From assembly GCA_902764145.1 (NCBI GenBank), contig CACWUS010000007.1, positions 6,654-70,653 of the forward strand: a stretch of DNA of 64,000 nucleotides. Reading direction: 5' to 3'. A program made the position numbers and the translations under genes. The notes under the pieces were generated by a model. It had not been told where the DNA came from. It saw nothing but the letters and a program-made list of their open reading frames with translations, and ran no database searches. Position 1 is the first letter of the stretch. Each line of letters opens with the position of its first letter. Origin of the DNA: an uncultured Erysipelotrichaceae bacterium (GTDB lineage: Bacteria > Bacillota_I > Bacilli_A > RF39 > UBA660). Below are positions 9,437-18,711 of this stretch, one piece after another.

Positions 9437-10565
9437 ATTCTTGTTTAAATATTCTATAAGGATCACTTTGAGTTCCAGTTCCAGATTTATAAAATGCAAA
9501 CTCATTTAAATTTGCTGTTAAGTAAACAACCTTTTTATTTTTTGTTGAACTTAAATCAAAGAATTTTCCATTAAACTCATATGCTTGATAATTATTTATT
9601 GGGCTTGCAGTAATAATCCATTGCAATTTAGCTTCTTTATCATATAAGAAGTTATAATTTGAGCAAGCTTTATCAGTTGTTTTAATACAATCTTCATCAA
9701 GACTAGCTCTCATATATTCATAAGGAGTAAGTGTTCCAAATAACATATTATCAGATGATAATACTGAACATTCAGTTGAACCATCTTTTGTTGTATCTTC
9801 TTCTGAACGCATTCCTATACATAATTGAGTAGCTTTTAATTTAGCTTTTTGTTCATTTGTTAAGATATCTTCATTTTTAGCAAGTTCATTTAAATATGAA
9901 TGTATGATTCCAAGCTCGAAATCATTGTATCCAACATATGAATTTTTTTCAACATTGAATCTTGAATCATAATCAGTTTTAGTATTAGTTGCTTCTGTAG
10001 ATCTAATTTTAATTGTTCCATCAGGAGCTATACTAAGTATTTGCCATAAAACATCAACTTTCTTTTTCTTAACTGTCTTTTGACCAAAAACTATGTAATT
10101 ATTAGTAACTTTTCCTCTGAAATAATAAGAACCATCTTCATTTTTATATAATCCACTTCCAGTTTCAACAACATCAGTTTTAGCAAGTATTTGTTTATAT
10201 AATTCAACACTTGTATAACTTTCACCACAATTTAATTTTGGAACATATGCATATGTGTTTCCACTTTTAATGACATATATTTCAGCATTGCAGTTATCTC
10301 CATCTTTCAATAATTCATTTAATGGTTTTATATATTGTCCTTCAACCAATGTATTATAAGATAATGTATATTTACCATCATTTACTGGTAATAGTTCTGG
10401 CTTTTCTTTATAATATTTTTTTGCTGCTCCAACTATCTTTTCTTCAACAGATTCATATGTTACATAATTCTTTTTAAAAATACTCATTAACCATACTACA
10501 ACTAGTAATAAAACTAATACACCAATAATAGAGCAACCTGCAATTATTAATGTTTTTTTATTCAT
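9435..10565 (-). CDS. Membrane-anchored extracellular protein, function unknown
   Basis: 376 aa with an N-terminal TM/signal anchor (IIAGCSIIGVLVLLLVVVWLM). The remainder is Cys-containing and soluble-looking. No family recognised. Confidence 0.65.
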   Translation of the reverse strand: MNKKTLIIAGCSIIGVLVLLLVVVWLMSIFKKNYVTYESVEEKIVGAAKKYYKEKPELLPVNDGKYTLSYNTLVEGQYIKPLNELLKDGDNCNAEIYVIKSGNTYAYVPKLNCGESYTSVELYKQILAKTDVVETGSGLYKNEDGSYYFRGKVTNNYIVFGQKTVKKKKVDVLWQILSIAPDGTIKIRSTEATNTKTDYDSRFNVEKNSYVGYNDFELGIIHSYLNELAKNEDILTNEQKAKLKATQLCIGMRSEEDTTKDGSTECSVLSSDNMLFGTLTPYEYMRASLDEDCIKTTDKACSNYNFLYDKEAKLQWIITASPINNYQAYEFNGKFFDLSSTKNKKVVYLTANLNEFAFYKSGTGTQSDPYRIFKQE

Positions 10566-10619
10566 TTTTCACACATCCTTTAATATATTAATTATACAAT
10601 ACAAACAAATAATTAACAA

Positions 10620-10985
10620 TTATTTTGTTAGTATTTCATATATTTCTTTTACTTCGATTTTTTCTTGCTTTTTATCATAACTAGGTATTATATGTAAGTG
10701 ATAATGTTTTACTTCTTGTAATATTCCATTATTTTGAGTTAGCTTAAATCCATCAGGTTTTAAATTTTTATTAATTAAATCAACTATTTTTTTTGATGAT
10801 TCATGTATTTTAAATAAATATTCATTTTCTATATCATTAATATCTGTAAAGTGTTTTTTAGGAATTATAAGAGCATGACCATTAGATATAGGATTAATAT
10901 CTAAAAAACATTTTACATAATCATCTTCATAAATAGTATAAGATGGTATTTCACCATTAATTATTTTACAAAATAAACAATCCAT
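10620..10985 (-). CDS. HIT-family (histidine triad) nucleotide hydrolase
   Basis: 121 aa with the histidine triad HYHLHIIP and SNGHALIIPKKH. Confidence 0.9.
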   Translation of the reverse strand: MDCLFCKIINGEIPSYTIYEDDYVKCFLDINPISNGHALIIPKKHFTDINDIENEYLFKIHESSKKIVDLINKNLKPDGFKLTQNNGILQEVKHYHLHIIPSYDKKQEKIEVKEIYEILTK

Positions 10986-11092
10986 TTTTCTTCACCAATA
11001 ATATTATATATTAAATTTTTTTTTACTTCAATTATTATATTCATTATATTTTGTCTATAATAAATAGAATATATTATAATGGGTGAATTAAA

Positions 11093-12280
11093 ATGAAAAA
11101 TAAAAATAGTTTTAGTATGAAAGAAAAAGATATAATATACTTTGATAATGCAGCAACAACATTTAAGCCTAAAAGAGTAATAGATAAGATAAATGATTAT
11201 TATAATAATTATTCTGCTAATTCACATAGAGGAGATTATGATATTAGTTTTAAGGTTGATGATGAAATAGATTATACAAGAGATAATGTCAAAAAATTTA
11301 TAAATGCAAAAACTAAAAATGAAATAATATTTACAAAAAATACAACTGATTCATTAAATACAATTGTATTTGGTTTTTTTAAAAACTATTTATGCGATGG
11401 TGATGAGGTAATATTATCTAGTAGTGAACATGCTTCTAATATTCTTCCTTGGCTGATGCTTTCATTAAATAAAAATATAAAAATAGTGTTTGTTGATTCA
11501 GTAAATGAAAAATTATGTTTAGATGATTTAGTAAAAAAAATTACTGATAAAACAAGAGTAATATCTATAGCTCAAATTACTAATGTTTCAGGAGATAAAA
11601 GAGATATTAAAAAGATATGTAGTATTGCTCATGCAAAAAATATATTAGTTGTTGTTGATGCTGCTCAAAGTGCACCTCATATAAAAATAGATGTTCAAGA
11701 TTTAGATTGCGACTTTTTAGCTTTTTCTGCACATAAAATGTGTGGGCCAACAGGAGTAGGAGTATTATATGGAAAGTATAATTTACTTAAAAACATGATT
11801 CCATTTACTTATGGTGGTGGGATGAATTTAAATTATAATGAAAATAGCTTAGAACTTGCTAGTATTCCATATAGATTTGAATCTGGTACACCAAATATAG
11901 CAGGTATAATAGGGTTTGGTGAAACAATAGATTATTTAAATGAGATTGGAATAGATTATATAGAAAATAAAGTTAATCTTTTAAAAAGATATTTATTAAA
12001 AGAATTAGAAAGTATTCCATATATTAAAATATATAATAAAGATTGTGAAGGTAGTACAGTAATTATTAATATTGAAGGAATATTGTCTGGAGACTTAGGT
12101 TTATATCTAAATAAAAATAAAATATGTGTTAGAAGTGGAAAACATTGTGCTAAAATGGGAGATAATAAAGAAGATACTGTAAGAATTAGTTTATATTTTT
12201 ATAATACGTATGATGAAATAGACAAACTAGTAAAAGTACTAAAAGATAAAAAGAGTATTTATGAATTTATAAAAAATTAA
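11093..12280 (+). CDS. Class V PLP-dependent cysteine desulfurase (SufS/CsdA-like)
   Basis: 395 aa. PLP-lysine context FSAHKMCGPTGVGVLYG and catalytic Cys loop RSGKHCA. Confidence 0.85.
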   Translation: MKNKNSFSMKEKDIIYFDNAATTFKPKRVIDKINDYYNNYSANSHRGDYDISFKVDDEIDYTRDNVKKFINAKTKNEIIFTKNTTDSLNTIVFGFFKNYLCDGDEVILSSSEHASNILPWLMLSLNKNIKIVFVDSVNEKLCLDDLVKKITDKTRVISIAQITNVSGDKRDIKKICSIAHAKNILVVVDAAQSAPHIKIDVQDLDCDFLAFSAHKMCGPTGVGVLYGKYNLLKNMIPFTYGGGMNLNYNENSLELASIPYRFESGTPNIAGIIGFGETIDYLNEIGIDYIENKVNLLKRYLLKELESIPYIKIYNKDCEGSTVIINIEGILSGDLGLYLNKNKICVRSGKHCAKMGDNKEDTVRISLYFYNTYDEIDKLVKVLKDKKSIYEFIKN

Positions 12281-12450
12281 TATTTACTAATATTTATTTT
12301 TTTATTTAAAAAGTATCAATAATAATTGAAAAATTGACTAGGCAATTATTAAAAAATGATTAAAAGAAGTATATTTAAAAAAGATTTTTATTGATTTGAT
12401 TGAGATTTTCATATTTGTTATATTCCTTTATAAGAAAGGAGGTAGACAAT

Positions 12451-12777
12451 ATGTTAAATCAAATTGTGATAGCAGGAAGACTTGTTGCTGATCCAGAAAT
12501 AATAACAACTGATAATAATAAAAAAAGAACTTATATTACAGTTGCAGTTCCAAGAAGTTATAAAAATGTTGATGGCACATATGATACAGACTTTATAAAA
12601 TGTACATTATGGAATGTTATTGCAGAAAACACTTGCGAATATTGTAAAAAAGGAGATATTGTTGGTGTTAAAGGAAGAATACAAACTTCTAATTATGAGA
12701 AAGATGGTGAAAAAGTATATACAATGGATGTAATAGCAGAAAAAGTATCATTTTTAAGTAGTAAGAAAGCAGATTAA
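12451..12777 (+). CDS. Short single-stranded DNA-binding protein lacking the acidic C-terminal tip (SsbB-like)
   Basis: ORF 12400..12777 trimmed to Met18 (ATG behind AGGAGG). OB-fold SSB pattern (IAGRLVADPE...GDIVGVKGRIQTSNYE). Ends ...FLSSKKAD with no D-D-D-I-P-F type tail. Confidence 0.8.
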   Translation: MLNQIVIAGRLVADPEIITTDNNKKRTYITVAVPRSYKNVDGTYDTDFIKCTLWNVIAENTCEYCKKGDIVGVKGRIQTSNYEKDGEKVYTMDVIAEKVSFLSSKKAD

Positions 12778-12790
12778 TCTGCTTTTTATA
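12767..12790 (+). terminator. Intrinsic terminator after the ssb-like gene
   Basis: AGCAGAT-taa-ATCTGCT followed by TTTTTA. The stem includes the stop codon. Confidence 0.6.
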
Positions 12791-12853
12791 TTAAATTTTT
12801 ATTTAATTAATTATTATTTTATAGTATAATGTTTATAGTAGAGGTGTATAGAT

Positions 12854-13480
12854 ATGAATGGTGAGTACAATATTCAAGAAGATATAGATACATGTACTTC
12901 AAAATTAAGAGAATTAAGTGAAATAAATTCCTCTATGGCTAAAAAAGAGGTCAAACAATTTAATTCTAGGCTTAATAGTTTAATTAAATATGAAAAATCT
13001 ATTAAAGATACAAATAAGTCTAGTAATAAAAAATATATTTCTATATCTATAATATTATCAGCTATTGTTTTGTTAGAGGGATTAATAATACTTGGATATG
13101 AACATTCATTTGAGGCAATGTTTTTTTATATTTTTGGATTTGCATTTTTTATATCTGGTCATTATGTAGGTATGAATGTGCCTTTTTTTGGACTAATATT
13201 CTTGTTTACACATAGTGTTACTGGAATGTTTATTATGCTTAGTTCATTAGTAGGTGAAAGTCTTATAAGTCCTGTAATGAGTGATTTACCTTCTAATACT
13301 GTGAATTATATAGTAATAGATTCAATATTATTTATTTTGGCCACACTATATGTTATAGCATATAATGTAAGTAGTAAAATTAGAAATATAAAATATTCTA
13401 ATTATATACCAATTTGTATTTATATTATTGCTTTTGCAATGGCTGGATTATTAAATCATTATATAAATTATGGATTTTAG
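12854..13480 (+). CDS. Integral membrane protein, function unknown
   Basis: 208 aa. Polar N-terminal segment of about 55 aa, then about 5 predicted TM helices. Confidence 0.6.
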   Translation: MNGEYNIQEDIDTCTSKLRELSEINSSMAKKEVKQFNSRLNSLIKYEKSIKDTNKSSNKKYISISIILSAIVLLEGLIILGYEHSFEAMFFYIFGFAFFISGHYVGMNVPFFGLIFLFTHSVTGMFIMLSSLVGESLISPVMSDLPSNTVNYIVIDSILFILATLYVIAYNVSSKIRNIKYSNYIPICIYIIAFAMAGLLNHYINYGF

Positions 13481-13489
13481 AGGTGAAAA

Positions 13490-14767
13490 ATGAAAGCAAT
13501 TGAAATTATTGAGAAAAAACAAAAGAATGAAAAATTAGAATATAAAGAAATAGAATATATGGTAAATTCATATATTAAAAATAAAATAAATGATGACACA
13601 ATGAGTCAGTTTGTATGGGCTATTTATAATAATGGTCTTAGTATTGAAGAAACATACTTTTTAACTGATGTTATGATTAAAAGTGGTGAAACAATAGATT
13701 TATCTTCAATAAATAAGCCTATTGTTGATAAACATTCAACTGGTGGAGTAGGAGATAAAGTAACACTTATAGTTTCTCCAATAGTAGCTGCTGCTGGAGT
13801 ATGTGTTCCTAAAATGAGTGGTAGGGGACTTGGATTAACTGGAGGAACAATTGATAAACTAGAGAGTATTCCAGGGTATAAATTAAGTCTTTCTCGTGGA
13901 TCTTTTGTTGAAGAACTGAAGAAAGTAGGGTGTGCAGTAATTAGTCAAAGTGAAAAAATTGCTGTTGCTGACAAAAAAATATATGCTCTTAGAAACGAAA
14001 TTGGAGCAGTAGATTCTATTCCATTAATAGCAAGTTCAATAATGTCTAAAAAAATAGCAAGTGGTAGTGATATCATTATAATAGATTTAAAAGTTGGAAA
14101 AGGTGCGTTTATGAAAACAATTAAAGATGCAACTCTTCTAGCTAAAACAATGGTTAAAATTGGTGCATTTTATAATAAAAAAGTAATATGTACATTAAGC
14201 GATATGAATATTCCACTTGGAAGAAATATAGGAAATGCATTAGAAGTTAAAGAAGCTATTGATTTCTTTAAAGGTAAATATGACAAAAGATTATACGAAT
14301 TATCAGTATATATTTCAAGTTTAATGATAAGTACTGCTAAGAAAATTTCTTTTTCAAAAGCTAAAAAGTTAGTCATTAATTTATTAGAAAGTGGACATGC
14401 TAAAAATAAATTTTATGAATGGATTAGATATCAAGGTGGAGATTTAACAAAAATAAGAGATAAGGCTAAGAAATATATAGTGGTATCAACAAAAAGTGGA
14501 TATATTAATAATATAGATTCGTTAAAGTTGTCACAACTTGTATTTGATTTAGGGGCAGGCAGAATTAAAAAGACAGATAAAATAGATTATGCTTCAGGAG
14601 TTCTTCTAAATAAAACTATAGGTGATAGAGTAATAAAGGGTGACATTCTTGGTGTAATATTCTATAATAAAAAAGTAGAAGATATGGATAAAATATTTGA
14701 GTCATGTTTCAAAATAGAGCCTAAAAAGAAACGTCCAAAGAAAATTATTATTAAAACAATTAAATAG
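13490..14767 (+). CDS. pdp: Pyrimidine-nucleoside (thymidine) phosphorylase
   Basis: 425 aa with DKHSTGGVGDK phosphate-binding motif, SGRGLGLTGGTIDKLESIPG, and full-length collinearity with the family. Confidence 0.93.
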   Translation: MKAIEIIEKKQKNEKLEYKEIEYMVNSYIKNKINDDTMSQFVWAIYNNGLSIEETYFLTDVMIKSGETIDLSSINKPIVDKHSTGGVGDKVTLIVSPIVAAAGVCVPKMSGRGLGLTGGTIDKLESIPGYKLSLSRGSFVEELKKVGCAVISQSEKIAVADKKIYALRNEIGAVDSIPLIASSIMSKKIASGSDIIIIDLKVGKGAFMKTIKDATLLAKTMVKIGAFYNKKVICTLSDMNIPLGRNIGNALEVKEAIDFFKGKYDKRLYELSVYISSLMISTAKKISFSKAKKLVINLLESGHAKNKFYEWIRYQGGDLTKIRDKAKKYIVVSTKSGYINNIDSLKLSQLVFDLGAGRIKKTDKIDYASGVLLNKTIGDRVIKGDILGVIFYNKKVEDMDKIFESCFKIEPKKKRPKKIIIKTIK

Positions 14768-14776
14768 GAGGATATT

Positions 14777-15895
14777 ATGAATAAAACAAATGTTAAATTT
14801 TATGCTATGTTTGAACTATTAAATGATCCAAAATCAATAATAGATGAAGAAGGCAAACTGCAGATGGTTGAAGAGTTTTTAAGTGAGATTGAAGCTCTAA
14901 ATAATGATGAGTTTAAAAGTATATTTGATAATGGCTTTGCTCAAAAGAAAAACATTAATGACCTTCCAAAAATACCTGGTTTCTTAATGCTTGAATTACT
15001 TTCTTGTCATGTTGATAAATTAATACCAAATGGAAAAGGAAATATTTATCAAAAGAGAAAAGCAAATGTTTTAAAACGAATTAAATCTATGAAAAAAAGA
15101 TCGCTTATATTAAATTTTGATCATAGGTTTGACCCAACATATGAATTAACTGATGAATGTATACAAGATGTAATTAGGACAAAAGGAAATTTCTATTTTG
15201 ATTTTCATGATATTAATGAATTAGATGAATATGATTATGATTTACTTGGAAATAAAAAAGTTTTAGGTTATTTTGGAGATATTCCTTCAGAAGTATATGA
15301 AGTTAGAAATGGTGTGTTAACAAATGTTGAATCAAGTACACTTCATGTTAGTGGATTTGTATATGAAGAAGAAAAAGTGAAAGTTGATTCAGAATATATG
15401 GAAGCTATGCAAGAATATGTGAATGATATAATAGATGAAATAGGTAGTTTCTTTGATGGATATTTTCCAAAAACTTATGAAGAAGCTAGACAATTATTAG
15501 TAGAAAAAGGGTATGATTATACTAAATATAGTGAACTATATGATTCAATGAAATTTAGATATAGATATTTAAAAGATAGATCAATTAAAAATAGAAGTGA
15601 GATAGAATTCACTCATAAACCTCTTATATCATTTAAAAAGAATTCTAAAATCAAACCTGCTAAGAAAGAAACTCCTACAAAATTTGGTGTATTTTCAAGA
15701 GTTAAAAATTATGAATTTGCTAAAACTAATGGAAGTAGAGAAGATAAAGTTCAAAAATTTGAATCAGAAAGAGAAAAACAAATTGCTAGAGATAAAGAAG
15801 TTATTGATGTAGTTATTTATCAGAGAAGAGTAGTAAATGGCAAAGAAGAATTAACTAAGCTAGATAATAGTGAATATAAGGTGGTAAGAAGATAA
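14777..15895 (+). CDS. Hypothetical protein
   Basis: 372 aa behind an AGGAGG RBS, 9 nt after pdp. Acidic and Lys-rich, with no TM and no recognised motif. Confidence 0.6.
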   Translation: MNKTNVKFYAMFELLNDPKSIIDEEGKLQMVEEFLSEIEALNNDEFKSIFDNGFAQKKNINDLPKIPGFLMLELLSCHVDKLIPNGKGNIYQKRKANVLKRIKSMKKRSLILNFDHRFDPTYELTDECIQDVIRTKGNFYFDFHDINELDEYDYDLLGNKKVLGYFGDIPSEVYEVRNGVLTNVESSTLHVSGFVYEEEKVKVDSEYMEAMQEYVNDIIDEIGSFFDGYFPKTYEEARQLLVEKGYDYTKYSELYDSMKFRYRYLKDRSIKNRSEIEFTHKPLISFKKNSKIKPAKKETPTKFGVFSRVKNYEFAKTNGSREDKVQKFESEREKQIARDKEVIDVVIYQRRVVNGKEELTKLDNSEYKVVRR

Positions 15896-16167
15896 TGAAC
15901 GAGAGTTTTATAAATTCTTATTATGATTTAGATTTAAAAGATAAAAGAAAATATTTTGGTAAAGAACTAAGTAATATTGGTAAGTTATTAGAACAAATAG
16001 AATATAAATTAGGTCTTGATAATGTAGTTGATATTGGTAAATATGAATCAGAAAAAAAACAATTTAGTGAAGAAGAAATGCTAGTTTATTTTTATCAAGA
16101 TATATTCAATATAGAAAGAGAATTAAGATTAATTGATGCAATTGTTAATGAAGATATAGAAAAATAA
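15895..16167 (+). CDS. Hypothetical small protein
   Basis: 90 aa. Its start overlaps the preceding stop (ATAATG), implying translational coupling. Confidence 0.55.
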   Translation: MNESFINSYYDLDLKDKRKYFGKELSNIGKLLEQIEYKLGLDNVVDIGKYESEKKQFSEEEMLVYFYQDIFNIERELRLIDAIVNEDIEK

Positions 16168-16190
16168 ATTCAAACTGAATTTATTTTTTT
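16166..16190 (+). terminator. Intrinsic terminator
   Basis: AAATTCA-aac-TGAATTT followed by ATTTTTTT. Confidence 0.6.
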
Positions 16191-16210
16191 AATTTGTAAA
16201 TAATAATTAT

Positions 16211-16903
16211 ATGAAAAAAATAATATTTTTTATATGTTTATTTATTTGTATATGGAATGTTAAAGCGATTGAAAATATAAAAATAGATAATAATGATTTA
16301 ATACCAAAGTTTAATAAACAGACACACGTATACAATTATTTTACTAATAATGATGAAATAACTATTTATGCTAAAGGAAAAGATAAAGAGATAATTGTTA
16401 ATGATGGAAAGTATTTGTTAAATAATGATGAAAATAAAATAATAATTACATCATCTAATAATGAAAAATACATAATTAATGTTTTTAAAAACTATAAAAG
16501 CAATAATAAAAAAGAAGTATATTTAGAAGACTTAACTATCGAAGGATATGATATTGAATTTAATAAAGATTGTTATTTATACAGCATTAATTTGCATGAT
16601 GAAGAAAATTTAAATATTGATTATGAATTATCAAATCTAGATGCTTATGTTAGTGTAAGTGGAAATGGAAATTTTAATTCTACTGATAATATCATTAAAA
16701 TAAATGTTAATAATGAGAAAGAATATATAATACATGCATATAAAAGTATAAATGTATCTAAAATTAGTGAAGAAGTTCCTATTAAAGAAATGAGTACCAC
16801 AAAAAAAGAAATAATTAAAATCATGATAATAACTATTTCTTGTTCATTAATATTTTTATTTTACTATTCTCTTTTTATTAATAAGAATTACTTTTATATT
16901 TAA
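16211..16903 (+). CDS. Secreted, C-terminally anchored protein with a cadherin-like beta-sandwich type domain (tentative)
   Basis: 230 aa. Signal peptide (FFICLFICIWNVKA), then I.I....L.P.F......Y repeats typical of cadherin-like beta-sandwich domains, and a C-terminal TM helix. Confidence 0.55.
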   Translation: MKKIIFFICLFICIWNVKAIENIKIDNNDLIPKFNKQTHVYNYFTNNDEITIYAKGKDKEIIVNDGKYLLNNDENKIIITSSNNEKYIINVFKNYKSNNKKEVYLEDLTIEGYDIEFNKDCYLYSINLHDEENLNIDYELSNLDAYVSVSGNGNFNSTDNIIKINVNNEKEYIIHAYKSINVSKISEEVPIKEMSTTKKEIIKIMIITISCSLIFLFYYSLFINKNYFYI

Positions 16904-17858
16904 CTAAGTATTCTTCATAAGTAATATTTTTTTCATACATTGTTGTTGCAATATCTATTCCTAAATACCTGTAGTGCCATGGCTCATATCCATATCCAGT
17001 TATAAATTCTTTGTTTTTAGGATATCTTTCAATAAAACCATATTTATATGAATTTTCTTTTAGCCATGTATATTCTTTAGTTTTTTCAAATTTAACATTT
17101 ACACTATTTATATCTATTGCAAGACCTAGTTGATGTTCAGAGTGATTAACTTTAGCAGAATAAATTAATGCATGTTCTATTCCATTTCTTTTGACATTAT
17201 TATTAAATAAACTATTTTGTTGTTTTTCAGTTCTATAACCTGAAACTACATATAATTTTATATTATCTTTCTTAGCAGCATTTGCCATTTCAACAAAGTG
17301 TTCATAAGCGACTTTTCTTAATTTTCTTTTTCCATTATCACTATATGGTTTTTCTACTGTAACTAAATCATCATAAGTAATGTTACTTGGTAGTTTATTA
17401 TACTTATTTACTAAGGCATCTTCATCATTATAATTTTCTATTACAGTAATATCAGTATAGAATTCTTTATCAAGTCCAATTTCAACATATAATACTGTAT
17501 CATCAGAAGAAAAATTATTTTTAGTAAAATAGTTCTCATATCTTGATATATTTTCAATATTAAAATATGGTGAGTAGACAAATTTAGTTAAATTATCATA
17601 TTTGTTATTTAATAAATATTTTTTAACATTGGTAGTACTTATTTTAGTTTCAATTATTTTTATATCATTTACAGTATAACCTAGTTCTAATAAATCTTCT
17701 TTATAAATATATTCTTCTTTTGATATATCTTTTCCCTTAACATCAGTTTCATTATTATTTTCATTCATATCTACTACCGATAAGTAAGAAAGATACACAA
17801 TTCCACATGTAAGTATAATTATAGAAAAAATTAATAATACTTTTAATGTTTTTTTCAT
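16878..17858 (-). CDS. VanY/M15B-family D-alanyl-D-alanine carboxypeptidase
   Basis: 326 aa. N-terminal TM anchor and zinc-peptidase motifs SGYRT..QQ, SEHQLGLAIDI, EPWHYRYLG. Confidence 0.88.
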   Translation of the reverse strand: MKKTLKVLLIFSIIILTCGIVYLSYLSVVDMNENNNETDVKGKDISKEEYIYKEDLLELGYTVNDIKIIETKISTTNVKKYLLNNKYDNLTKFVYSPYFNIENISRYENYFTKNNFSSDDTVLYVEIGLDKEFYTDITVIENYNDEDALVNKYNKLPSNITYDDLVTVEKPYSDNGKRKLRKVAYEHFVEMANAAKKDNIKLYVVSGYRTEKQQNSLFNNNVKRNGIEHALIYSAKVNHSEHQLGLAIDINSVNVKFEKTKEYTWLKENSYKYGFIERYPKNKEFITGYGYEPWHYRYLGIDIATTMYEKNITYEEYLVKYKSNSY

Positions 17859-17955
17859 TTAGACCTCCTTATAAATAATATTTTTAAAAGATAAAATAAT
17901 TAATATTATTATATTTTTATTATATCATTAATCATAATTTAAAAATAAAAAATTG

Positions 17956-18603
17956 TTAAATATTTAACAATTTTTTTGCTTTATTTACAGTTTTTTTGCT
18001 ACAACTAACAAATAAATATATTATTGTCATTAAAATATCACCAGTTATTACATCAATTATTACATGCTGTTTAACAAATAGTGTAGCAATCATAACTAAT
18101 ATTGACATTAATGTAACAGGAATTCTAAATTTATTTGTCACTTTTTTTGAAGTAAATGAAACTAATATAAATAGCATACTAACAGCACAGTGTAAACTAG
18201 GTAAGCAATTAATAGCAGGTGTATCAAAGAAGTAAATAGTATTTGTTATAAAGTTTAATATATTGTTATTTTCAAGAGTTGGTCTAGCTACTGTGGTAGG
18301 ATATATTGTAAATATAATAGCCGCGACTACAGCACATATACAATAACTTAATATATATTTATATAAGGCATCTTTATCTTTCTTGTATAAATAATATGGT
18401 ACTATAAATAACATTAAATACCAAAGAAAATATGGAATAATAAACCAATTACAGAAATGTATTTTATCATCAATATAATTTCCTATTAAATGGGGATTTG
18501 ATTGTAATAGTTTTGATAAGAAAAAGAAAGCTGATTGAAATACAACTAATCCAACTGATATAAGTAATGGTTTTAATTCAATTTTTTTTATAAACTTCTT
18601 CAT
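17956..18603 (-). CDS. PAP2-superfamily membrane phosphatase/transferase
   Basis: ORF 17956..18639 trimmed to Met13, because a TGtATAAT -10 would lie inside the longer ORF. Multi-TM with PSLHCAVS and KQHVIIDVITG motifs. Start is uncertain. Confidence 0.7.
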   Translation of the reverse strand: MKKFIKKIELKPLLISVGLVVFQSAFFFLSKLLQSNPHLIGNYIDDKIHFCNWFIIPYFLWYLMLFIVPYYLYKKDKDALYKYILSYCICAVVAAIIFTIYPTTVARPTLENNNILNFITNTIYFFDTPAINCLPSLHCAVSMLFILVSFTSKKVTNKFRIPVTLMSILVMIATLFVKQHVIIDVITGDILMTIIYLFVSCSKKTVNKAKKLLNI

Positions 18604-18711
18604 ATAAATCACGAAAGTATTATACAATATTATTTTCAAATAATCAAAAGAATAAAAAAATACTAGAAAAAATGATACTTTTTGTGTATAATGTATGCGA
18701 GGTGAATAACC

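Noticed and set aside
11092-11162. Apparent 1-nt inconsistency: my hand count put the ATG of the SufS-like gene at 11092 and suggested an extra A near 11161, which would imply a frameshift.
   Set aside because: The ORF track, computed from the sequence, reports one continuous 395-aa ORF at 11093..12280, and flanking coordinates agree with the track. I attribute the discrepancy to my miscounting of A-runs and used the track coordinates.
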